DNA from: Terriglobia bacterium | Lineage (GTDB): Bacteria > Acidobacteriota > Terriglobia > 2-12-FULL-54-10 | Assembly (NCBI GenBank): GCA_963666975.2 | Contig: CAXVYR010000004.1 | Coordinates: 1,312,001 to 1,376,000, forward strand | DNA: 64,000 nt | Reading direction: 5' to 3' | Made by a program: the position numbers and the translations under genes | Shown: positions 53,862-64,000 of the stretch, piece by piece | How positions within the stretch are numbered: the stretch's first letter is position 1 | Layout of the letters: every line of letters starts with the position of its first letter | Notes under the pieces: generated by a model | What the model saw: only the letters and a program-made list of their open reading frames with translations | What the model was told of the DNA's origin: nothing | Database searches by the model: none

Positions 53862-55598
53862 CTATTTCTTCTCCAGAGCCTTTTTCTTTTTGCCTGAGGC
53901 AGCTCGCTTCGCCTCAACCAAATGCTTCATCTCGGTGCGATTAATGTACACCTGCTGAGCGATCCCCACCAGGTTGCCCGTCAGCCAGTAGAGCACCAAG
54001 CCGCTCGACAAACTCCAAAAGAAGAACAAAAACATCACGGGCATGAACATCATGATCTTCTGCTGCGTCGGGTCCGGCGAGGTGGCCGGGCTCATCTTTT
54101 GCAACAGGAATTGAGTGCCGCACATCAGCAGCGGCAGCACCTTGATGGAAAACGATTCGGGCGACGAAAGGTCCTGTATCCACCAAATCCATGGGGCATC
54201 CCGCATCTCGATGCTGGAGATCAGGACCCTGTAAAAGCCGATAAAAAAGGGAAGCTGCAGCAGCATCGGCAAGCAGCCCCCGAGAGGGTTCACGCCGTTC
54301 TTCTTATACAAGGCCATGGTCTCGCGCTGCATATCCTGCTTGCGCGGGTCTTTGAGCTTGTACTGCTTGTACTTCTCCTGAATGGCCTTGATCTGCGGCT
54401 GCAACCGCTGCATCTTCATCATCGAGCGGAGGCTTTTGAGCTTCAGCGGAAACAGCAGCATGTTAATGAAGATCGTCAGCAGGATAATGGACCAGCCGTA
54501 ATTGCTGACGATGTTGTCGTGGACCCACCGCAATCCCAGGAACAAGGGCTTGGCGATGAACTCGAACCATCCATAGTCCACCAACTCCGGCAGAAGGGCA
54601 TCCACGCTAGCCAGCACGTCGGTCGCCTTGGGCCCGACATATAACCGCATGCTGTTCTCCGGAGAATTCCCGCTCCCTACGGCCACCCCTACCGCAGGGC
54701 TCATCTCGTCCTGGCCGGGCAGTCTGATCTCGTGCCGGAAGGCGGTCACCCGGAGCGGGCCTTGCTGCGGCAGAAAGACAGCCGAGAAAAAATGGTCCTC
54801 AATTCCCGCAAATCGAAACGGACCGCTGGCTATAGTTTCCTCTCCCTCCACATCGCCGGGGTCGAGACGCACCATGCCCTCCGGCTCCCGGTACAGGACC
54901 CGTATCCCTCCCATGCGCGGCCCCGCAATCCGCATCTCGCCGAAGGCTCCCGGCCACGCAATCCCGTGGCCGATGGCTCTGCCGTCGCGAGAGAGCGCGG
55001 TCTCGGTCTCCACCACATAACTGTCGCGGGAGAAAACGATCTGCTTGCGGGCGGCGACCCGGCCGCTGCTGTACTCAAACGTCAAGGTGACGGGAGCACG
55101 CAACCGGCCCCTCGCAGAGGGGACAAACAAAGCTGTGTTGATCTCCTCCCGGAGGGCCCGTTCAGAAACCCACAGGGAGAAGGGATCGCCCGCTTGAGCC
55201 GCCGCCTCGGTATGCACCAACTCCAGCGGATTGCCCTCGGGATCGAGGTAGTCTTTCAGGGTCCAACTCTTCACCACCGCCCCGCGCGTGGAAAAGACGA
55301 CCCGATAGAGATCAGTCTCCACGGTGATTTCCTGCTCGGATCCTCCCGCTGTCGGCGCCATCTGGAGCGCTGGTGACTCCGGCGCTTCTCCTATTACCAC
55401 AGGAGCCGAGGGCAGGGGCTCGGACGGCTCTTGCTCACCGGCAATTTCCCCGGCTTCGCCGCTCACGTCGCCGCCCGCGTCACTGCCTCCCGGCGGAGGC
55501 GACTGCACCAACAGCGAGCGCGACAACAACAGCACCAGGAAGGAAAGGCCGAAGGCCAGCAAGACTCGCAGTTCCGGGGAAAGTTCTTTCTTAGCCAT
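53862..55598 (-). CDS. yidC: Membrane protein insertase
   Basis: LYVGPK, VDYGW, NYGWSIILLT, MQRLQPQIK, NPLGGCLPMLLQLP, SGLVLYW. Confidence 0.97.
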   Translation of the reverse strand: MAKKELSPELRVLLAFGLSFLVLLLSRSLLVQSPPPGGSDAGGDVSGEAGEIAGEQEPSEPLPSAPVVIGEAPESPALQMAPTAGGSEQEITVETDLYRVVFSTRGAVVKSWTLKDYLDPEGNPLELVHTEAAAQAGDPFSLWVSERALREEINTALFVPSARGRLRAPVTLTFEYSSGRVAARKQIVFSRDSYVVETETALSRDGRAIGHGIAWPGAFGEMRIAGPRMGGIRVLYREPEGMVRLDPGDVEGEETIASGPFRFAGIEDHFFSAVFLPQQGPLRVTAFRHEIRLPGQDEMSPAVGVAVGSGNSPENSMRLYVGPKATDVLASVDALLPELVDYGWFEFIAKPLFLGLRWVHDNIVSNYGWSIILLTIFINMLLFPLKLKSLRSMMKMQRLQPQIKAIQEKYKQYKLKDPRKQDMQRETMALYKKNGVNPLGGCLPMLLQLPFFIGFYRVLISSIEMRDAPWIWWIQDLSSPESFSIKVLPLLMCGTQFLLQKMSPATSPDPTQQKIMMFMPVMFLFFFWSLSSGLVLYWLTGNLVGIAQQVYINRTEMKHLVEAKRAASGKKKKALEKK

Positions 55599-55678
55599 GA
55601 GCAGCAGCGCGGGATTCAAACCCGTATGCAGAAAGTTTGTGGTCTGGATTGCCGGCTCCACCCGCCGGCGGAATTACT

Positions 55679-55888
55679 CTATGAGACGGGATCGTACCCG
55701 CCGGGATGGAAGGGGCGGCAGCGAAGCAAGCGCGCCGCCGCCATCCAAAGCCCCTTTGCCGGACCGTACTTCCCCACCGCGTCTGCCGCGTAGCTGGAAC
55801 AGGTGGGATAGAACTTGCACGAAGAGGGCAGGACAGGAGAGATCGCCTGTTGGTAAAACCCCAGCAGCGCCAGCAGGAAGGTTTTCAT
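55679..55888 (-). CDS. yidD: Membrane protein insertion efficiency factor
   Basis: YQQAISP...[10 protein letters not shown]...[16 protein letters not shown]. Confidence 0.96.
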   Translation of the reverse strand: MKTFLLALLGFYQQAISPVLPSSCKFYPTCSSYAADAVGKYGPAKGLWMAAARLLRCRPFHPGGYDPVS

Positions 55889-56286
55889 GAGTCTCCCTTG
55901 TCTGCCTTCGCCGCCCGCGCGCAGGCCAGGAAAAAACTTTCCACAGCCGCCTCGAGCCGGGCGAAGCTCACAGACTTTGCCGCATGCCTGGGATTGAAGA
56001 CAATGTCCCAGCCCGGCCCCAGTTCCTGCAGGTGTCTCCGCGAGGCCTCGCGTAACCGTCGCTTGAGGAAGTTTCTTTCGACTGCCCCCCCCAGAGAGCG
56101 CGGCACGGTGAGCCCAATGCGGCTGAACGACATTCCATTTGCCAGGGAAAACGTCACCAGGAAACCCAGACTGCGGCGCCGCCCTTTCGAGTACACTCTA
56201 CGATAATCGGCTCCGCGCAGCAAGCGCACCTGCTTCGGGAAGCCAAGCCTGATTTTGGAGCCTTCCGAAGTGCCTTGCCGTGCCAA
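55885..56286 (-). CDS. rnpA: Ribonuclease P protein component
   Basis: FPKQVRL...RIGLTV...[14 protein letters not shown]. Confidence 0.93.
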   Translation of the reverse strand: MARQGTSEGSKIRLGFPKQVRLLRGADYRRVYSKGRRRSLGFLVTFSLANGMSFSRIGLTVPRSLGGAVERNFLKRRLREASRRHLQELGPGWDIVFNPRHAAKSVSFARLEAAVESFFLACARAAKADKGDS

Positions 56287-56295
56287 CCCAGCCCC

Positions 56296-56442
56296 TCAGC
56301 GAGAGGATACCGAAAGATGCTTCCGGCCCCGTTGCCGTCTTCTGGACAGGATCTTGCGGCCGCTTTTCGTTTTCATTCTTTCCCGGAAGCCATGCGTCTT
56401 CGCTCGCTTCCTTTTCTTTGGCTGGTATGTTCTTTTAGGCAT
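56296..56442 (-). CDS. rpmH: 50S ribosomal protein L34 (not in the ORF track)
   Basis: [48 protein letters not shown]. Confidence 0.97.
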   Translation of the reverse strand: MPKRTYQPKKRKRAKTHGFRERMKTKSGRKILSRRRQRGRKHLSVSSR

Positions 56443-56863
56443 GCTGTGCTGCGGGGGCTTTGCAATATGAACTTCTGTGCGTGCGGCCCGGAAAATCCGA
56501 GTATAAATGCACTGCTCATTGCTGTCAAGGATTCCACCCCGGCGGCGATTTTACTCATTGAGAGAATCCGGCTGCTGTGCTAAAATCTGCATGTCAAAAA
56601 CATGAGGGCAGCGGGTAGCTCGTTCCGGGTTGCCTCATGGCTGGAAGCGGAGCAAATCGGGAAGCAAAAGCAGCAGCCAGTGTCTCGGCCCGACCTCCGA
56701 GCGCAATATTGGAAGTTTTTGTTCGATTGCTAACTTCTCTGTTAACATAAGCTTAAATATATTTTGTGATTTTCGTGGAAAGACAGCTCCGATTTCCTCT
56801 CCTAGTTTCTTTCCTCTCGATCACGTTGGACTGCCCTTCATCCGCAGAAGAAAGTCAGCGCAG

Positions 56864-58165
56864 ATGAATCCCTGGGAAAAGATTCTGGATCATTTACAGA
56901 AAACGGTAAGCTCACAGAGCTACTCTACGTGGTTGAAGCCGGCCCGTTTTAGTCACATAGAGGACGCCACCCTCTTCGTTCGCGTCCCTAATGAGACATT
57001 CCGCGGCTGGTATGAGCAAAATTTTAGCGGGTTGCTGCAAAACGCATTGCAAACGCTGCAGCTTGGAGTCCAGCAGATTCAACTCGTGTGCGACGCCGAA
57101 AAACCTCGGAAGGAAACAGCCTCGCAGACCCGGTTTGATTTCGATTCCTCCCTGGCCCAATTCAACCCCCGGTACACCTTTGACACTTTTGTAGTAGGCG
57201 TGTCGAACCAGTTCGCGCACGCCGCTGCCGACGCTGTCGCACGCAACCCGTCCAAGGCGTACAACCCGCTGTTCCTTTACGGCGGAGTGGGCATGGGAAA
57301 GACTCACCTCATGCAGGCCATTGGACACACTCTGCGGGCTAATGGGTGCAAGCGGCTCTCGTATGTTTCCTGCGAGCAGTTTGTAAACGAGATGATCAAC
57401 TCGATCCGGTACGACCGTATGGTCTCCTTCCACGACCGCTACCGCACTCTGGACGCGCTTCTGGTAGATGACATCCACTTCCTGGGAAGCAAGGAGCGCA
57501 CTCAGGAGGTGTTTTTCCATACCTTCAACGCACTCTACGAGGCTCAAAAGCAGATTGTTATCACCAGCGACAGGCCCCCTCATGAGATTCCACAACTGGA
57601 AGAGCGTCTCAGGTCTCGCTTTGAGTGGGGACTGATGGCCGACATTCAAGCGCCGGACCTGGAAACCAAGATCGCCATATTGATGAGGAAGGCCGAATTG
57701 CAGGGCGCTTCATTGCCAGATGATGTCGCTTTATTTATCGCCGGAAAAATCCGCACCAATATTCGGGAACTGGAGGGCTCCCTGACCCGGCTGCTGGCAT
57801 ACTCCTCTCTTACGGGCGTTGATCTCACCCTGGGAATGGCGCAGCAGGTTCTGAAGAGCACCCTGGCCGCCCAGGAAAAGAAAATAAACATCGATGCGAT
57901 TCAAAAAGCGGTAGCAGATGAGTTCCATCTTAAAGTTGCTGATCTGAAAGCAAAAAATAACTCCCGGAAAGTGGTTTACCCCCGGCAAGTTTCCATGTTT
58001 CTATGCCGGGAACTTGCCGGTGCCTCTCTCCCCGAGATCGGCCGCTCTTTCGGGGGCAAGCATCACACGACGGTTTTGCACTCGATTGAGAAAATAAGGG
58101 GAGCCAGAAAAGCAGACAAAGAAATGAATCGGCTGATTCACAAGCTGAGCGACCTGCTTCAGTAG
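56864..58165 (+). CDS. dnaA: Chromosomal replication initiator
   Basis: YTFDTFVVG.SN, YNPLFLYGGVGMGKTHL, LVDDI, RLRSRFEWGL, NIRELEG, HHTTVLH. Confidence 0.98.
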   Translation: MNPWEKILDHLQKTVSSQSYSTWLKPARFSHIEDATLFVRVPNETFRGWYEQNFSGLLQNALQTLQLGVQQIQLVCDAEKPRKETASQTRFDFDSSLAQFNPRYTFDTFVVGVSNQFAHAAADAVARNPSKAYNPLFLYGGVGMGKTHLMQAIGHTLRANGCKRLSYVSCEQFVNEMINSIRYDRMVSFHDRYRTLDALLVDDIHFLGSKERTQEVFFHTFNALYEAQKQIVITSDRPPHEIPQLEERLRSRFEWGLMADIQAPDLETKIAILMRKAELQGASLPDDVALFIAGKIRTNIRELEGSLTRLLAYSSLTGVDLTLGMAQQVLKSTLAAQEKKINIDAIQKAVADEFHLKVADLKAKNNSRKVVYPRQVSMFLCRELAGASLPEIGRSFGGKHHTTVLHSIEKIRGARKADKEMNRLIHKLSDLLQ

Positions 58166-58438
58166 TAAAGTCTTTATGTCGGACATCTGAGAGATTTTTA
58201 ACACCTTTGTGGATTAACTGTGGATTGGTTGTGGATACGCGTGGAATTTTTCAGAGAGGTAAGCCGGCTGTTAGAAAGTTTCTTTAGAATATGGAGAGAT
58301 TTAGTTTCTTCGTCCACGGATATTCACTGTCTTTTCTCTATAGGAATCAATTATATATAGATTTTTCCACAGAATGCGCTTACTGATGATTATGATAGAG
58401 GGATACATGAAACAGAGATTCTCACAGAGGTAATTTAG
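58166..58438. promoter_or_regulatory. oriC: oriC candidate
   Basis: DnaA-box-like TGTGGATTA (58208), TGTGGATTG (58219), TGTGGATAC (58230), TTTTCCACA (58363); AT-rich tract; six NTN triplets TTA CTG ATG ATT ATG ATA (58380-58397) resembling DnaA-trios. Confidence 0.85.
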
Positions 58439-59575
58439 ATGGAATTCTCCGTACAACGAGCTGACCTGCTGAAAGAGTTGAACCTAACCCAGGGAGTTGT
58501 GGAACGAAAGACAACTATACCTATCCTCTCGAATATTCTTCTTGAAGCTTCCGGGGACTCTCTGCGTATAACGGCGACAGACTTAGAGTTGGGGATCCGC
58601 AGTTCGTGTCCTGCCAAGGTGAAGAAAGGCGGGGCCACCACCGTTGCCGCCAAAAAGATGCTCGACTATGTAAGGCAGTTGGAGCAGGCAGAGATCAAAT
58701 GTAAAGTTCAAGATTCCGCATCAGGCGGAAACTTACAGTTAAACTGCGGGCATTCCCATGTTCGCATGCCCGGGATCGCGAAAGATAATTTCCCCGTTCT
58801 TCCGGATTTTCCCGGGAAGCTGGCTGTGCTTCCCTCGGAGATGTTCTCGCAGATGATCAACCGCACGATCTTCGCCGTTTCCAGCGAGGAGTCGAGATAC
58901 ACGCTGAACGGGGCGTTGCTGTTGTTGAAGCCCGAGACAATGACAATGGTTGCCACAGACGGTCACAGGCTGGCTCATGTGGAAAGCGACCCTGCACTGG
59001 CAAAAAAGGGTTATGGAGGCGTCGGTGGGGAGATGAAAATTTTGGTTCCCCGGAAAGCAATGGCGGAGTTGGTTCGCCTTCTGGGAGAGTCGAAGGAGAA
59101 CGAAGGGATCGATTTTGGGAAGGACGACAACCATCTATTTTTCCAAGTGGGAGGCCGCCTGCTTGTCTGCCGCATGCTGAGCGGCCAATTCCCGAACTAT
59201 GAGGCTGTATTGCCGAAGGGAAATGATAAGAAGGTGGTCCTGGACAGGGACCTGCTTACTGCTGCCGTCCGGCGGGTGTCCTTATTTTCTGACGAGCGGA
59301 CGCATAGCATCCGGTGTCATCTGAATAAAGATGAGTTGAAATTCGCCTCCTCCGGGTCGGAGGTGGGGGAGTCGGAGGAGTCCCTGCCGGTAAATTACGA
59401 GGGAGGGGAGCTGGAGGTCGGCTTCAATTGGCAGTACCTGCTGGATTTTCTGGCTGCCTCCGGGGGGGGGGATATTTCCATGGAGTTCAAAGACCAGCAG
59501 AGCGCCGGTCAGATGAGGCCTGTCACGGAAGAAAACCTTAAATACCGCTACGTGATTATGCCTATGAGGATATGA
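58439..59575 (+). CDS. dnaN: DNA polymerase III beta clamp
   Basis: TTIPILSNILL, ATDLE, VATDGHRLA, GQFPNYE, YVIMPMRI. Confidence 0.98.
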   Translation: MEFSVQRADLLKELNLTQGVVERKTTIPILSNILLEASGDSLRITATDLELGIRSSCPAKVKKGGATTVAAKKMLDYVRQLEQAEIKCKVQDSASGGNLQLNCGHSHVRMPGIAKDNFPVLPDFPGKLAVLPSEMFSQMINRTIFAVSSEESRYTLNGALLLLKPETMTMVATDGHRLAHVESDPALAKKGYGGVGGEMKILVPRKAMAELVRLLGESKENEGIDFGKDDNHLFFQVGGRLLVCRMLSGQFPNYEAVLPKGNDKKVVLDRDLLTAAVRRVSLFSDERTHSIRCHLNKDELKFASSGSEVGESEESLPVNYEGGELEVGFNWQYLLDFLAASGGGDISMEFKDQQSAGQMRPVTEENLKYRYVIMPMRI

Positions 59576-59633
59576 GCGGGGTTGTGCTGTTGCCAGCAGG
59601 ACGGTAGAGCATAGAACAACGGAGTAAAAATAA

Positions 59634-62060
<2,427 letters not shown>

Positions 62061-62083
62061 CCCCGCCCTGAACGCCCCCCCGT

Positions 62084-62121
62084 GCTGTCATCCCGAGGAG
62101 CACAGCGACGAGGGATCTGCT
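62084..62121. repeat. REP family B copy
   Basis: GCTGTCATCCCGAGGAGCACAGCGACGAGGGATCTGCT; 36/38 identical to the copy inside mnmG. Confidence 0.85.
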
Positions 62122-62165
62122 TTTCGCTGCCACCGCGCAGTGCCTTTGTCATATAATCTCCCGCC

Positions 62166-62393
62166 ATGGAACTGAACGAGGAGACGCAACATTGTGTCCC
62201 GGAGCCGAGTCGGAAAGAACGGCTGATCGCTTTGCGTGATTGGGTCGCGAAAGAGACCGAGATTACGAAACGCATGAGAGCCGAGTTCGCGGATGCTAGG
62301 GGTTCTCTCCCGAGCACGACCGTTTGGGATGCACTCGCCGTCCTGGAAGCCCGCGTTGCGAAGCTGGAAAGAAGTGGCCGCGGAAGACCCTAA
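62166..62393 (+). CDS. Small helical hypothetical protein between the duplicated gyrB ends
   Basis: 75 aa; TATAAT at 62152-62157, 8 nt before ATG; no Shine-Dalgarno. Confidence 0.6.
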   Translation: MELNEETQHCVPEPSRKERLIALRDWVAKETEITKRMRAEFADARGSLPSTTVWDALAVLEARVAKLERSGRGRP

Positions 62394-62421
62394 GCTAGGA
62401 TATCAGCAGTAAGCAGTGCTC

Positions 62422-62476
62422 GCGCCGCAAGTTCATCGAGGAAAACGCCCTCGACGGGAAGAACCTGAATGTATAG
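62422..62476 (+). pseudogene. Displaced copy of the gyrB 3' end (55 bp)
   Basis: [17 protein letters not shown] versus 62006-62060 [17 protein letters not shown]; first 35 bp identical. Confidence 0.92.
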
Positions 62477-62513
62477 GAATATATAGGGCGGACGTGCAGG
62501 GCAAGAGTTTATT

Positions 62514-63242
62514 TCAGGCTGGCTGTACTGTTTTCAAGGCCGCATCCATTTCAGTGAGGATGCGCTGTGCCGCCTGTCGGGGGTCGGCGGCGTCTCGGAT
62601 GGGACGGCCCACCACCAGGTAGTCGGCTCCGGCTTGGATGGCATTGGCGGGAGTAGAGCTTCTTTGGTGATCGTCGGTCGATGCGCCCGCCGGGCGGATT
62701 CCCGGCGTCACGATGAGCAACCGGTCTCCGGCCATCTTGCGGATTTTCCGGGCTTCCAGACCGGAGGCGACCACGCCATGGCACCCGGCCTCCATCGCTT
62801 TTTTGGCGCGGCGGAGAACAAGCTCTTCTGCGGAACACTCCAAACCCAAACTCTGAATGTCGGCGGCGTCGAAGCTGGTGAGCACCGTGACGGCAAGTAT
62901 CTGTAAGCTGCTGCCGCGCGATGCCTCGACGGCGGCAGGAACGGTCTTGCCGCTCTCGTGCACGGTGAGGAACGTCGCCCCCAGGCGGACCACCTGCTCC
63001 ACCGCCCGTTTCACGGTTTCCGGCACGTCCAGAAATTTTGAGTCCAGAAAAACTTTTTCCCCCTCCGCAATCAGTTGCCGCGCAAAATCCGGCCCGGCGG
63101 CCAGTTGCAGCTCCATGCCGATTTTGAAGAAGGAAACCACGCCGGCTAACTCGGCGACCAGCTTTTTGGCTTCTGCCGGGGTGGGAACATCGAGGGCGAC
63201 GATCAGTCTTTCATTGATTTCTTTGCGGTGGGGCGGTGTCAT
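62514..63242 (-). CDS. pyrF: Orotidine-5'-phosphate decarboxylase
   Basis: LIVALDV, FKIG, FLDSKFLDVPETV (DxKxxD), VTVLTS, VTPGIRP, LVVGRPI. Confidence 0.95.
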   Translation of the reverse strand: MTPPHRKEINERLIVALDVPTPAEAKKLVAELAGVVSFFKIGMELQLAAGPDFARQLIAEGEKVFLDSKFLDVPETVKRAVEQVVRLGATFLTVHESGKTVPAAVEASRGSSLQILAVTVLTSFDAADIQSLGLECSAEELVLRRAKKAMEAGCHGVVASGLEARKIRKMAGDRLLIVTPGIRPAGASTDDHQRSSTPANAIQAGADYLVVGRPIRDAADPRQAAQRILTEMDAALKTVQPA

Positions 63243-63506
63243 GGTCTTTGAAATCAACTCAGTGTAGCCGCTCCGCCGGACGGAAACAAGGGCTGAGCCC
63301 CATGTTTCTTCCTCGCCGTTTCCAGGCGGTTTTCGATCCATCCGAAGGCCGGAACTCTAGTGAAATTTCGGCTGCAAGCAGCTATAATTAAAGATTGCAG
63401 TAACCAGCCGCAGTACCAACCGAAGATAGGTAAAAGAGCGGCAGGCCCGGCTCCCCGAACAGCGGCAACAACTATCCAATTTTCATAAAAGGACCCACGA
63501 GACTTC

Positions 63507-64000
63507 ATGGCGGATCAGACCACCCCTCCCGGCGACGGCTCGCAGCAGGAGTTGCCCATCGCCAAAAACCAGACACCAGTAAACATCGAAGACGAGATGA
63601 AGCGGTCGTATCTGGCTTACTCAATGAGCGTCATCATCGGGCGCGCGCTGCCCGACGCGCGGGACGGGCTGAAGCCGGTGCACCGACGGATTCTCTACGG
63701 CATGTACGAAGCGGGGCTGCGCTCCAACCGCCCCTACCGCAAGTGCGCCAAGATTGTCGGCGAGGTCATGGGAAACTACCACCCGCACGGCGATGTCGCC
63801 ATCTACGACACGCTGGTTCGCATGGCTCAGGACTTTAGCATGGGCCATCCGCTGGTGGACGGGCAGGGCAACTTCGGCTCGGTGGACGGCGACCCGCCGG
63901 CGGCGATGCGCTACACCGAGGCGCGGCTGGCCCCCATCGCCGAGCGGCTGCTCGACGACATTGAGCGCGAGACGGTGGACTTCCGTCCCACCTACGACGA
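63507..64000 (+). CDS. gyrA: DNA gyrase subunit A (5' part, runs off the window)
   Basis: [34 protein letters not shown]...[20 protein letters not shown]...[23 protein letters not shown]. Confidence 0.97.
   Translation, partial: MADQTTPPGDGSQQELPIAKNQTPVNIEDEMKRSYLAYSMSVIIGRALPDARDGLKPVHRRILYGMYEAGLRSNRPYRKCAKIVGEVMGNYHPHGDVAIYDTLVRMAQDFSMGHPLVDGQGNFGSVDGDPPAAMRYTEARLAPIAERLLDDIERETVDFRPTYD

Noticed and set aside
56630-56863. 78-aa N-terminal extension of DnaA
   Set aside because: AT-rich promoter-like region; the typical domain I begins at MNPWEK (56864).

Overview
Chromosomal origin region of a GC-rich diderm bacterium, probably Acidobacteriota. That assignment is inferred from an Oar-like TonB receptor, a short KH/R3H-only Jag, dnaA-dnaN-gyrB without recF and the repeat families. 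The right third is the classic oriC block: parB-parA-parS-rsmG-mnmG ... selD ... mnmE-jag-yidC-yidD-rnpA-rpmH / dnaA-oriC-dnaN-gyrB-(pyrF)-gyrA'. The left and middle hold argJ, fabZ-lpxA-lpxI-(gnnA-like)-tonB-miaA, a frameshifted B12 radical SAM gene plus PAP2, a TonB-dependent receptor, a lemA/TPM cluster, alkA, a large mosaic secreted protein, recO-glyQ-glyS-ppdK and a PaaK-like ligase. The most striking non-standard pattern is that termini of housekeeping genes are duplicated around tiny integrase-free cargos, mostly toxin-antitoxin genes: parB 3' end x3, gyrB 3' end x2, selD 5' end x2 including the Sec UGA, and tRNA-Ser-like 3' ends x2. Also seen: at least four REP/REPIN-like palindrome families, two inserted in frame inside mnmG; a selenocysteine-encoding selD with a SECIS-like hairpin; and an unannotated >=344-codon ORF at the left edge preceded by a structured 48-bp direct repeat. 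The ORF track misses the left-edge ORF, rpmH, a 58-aa gene, the selD N-terminus and gyrA; these were read by hand. All product calls are from motif recognition, with no database search.
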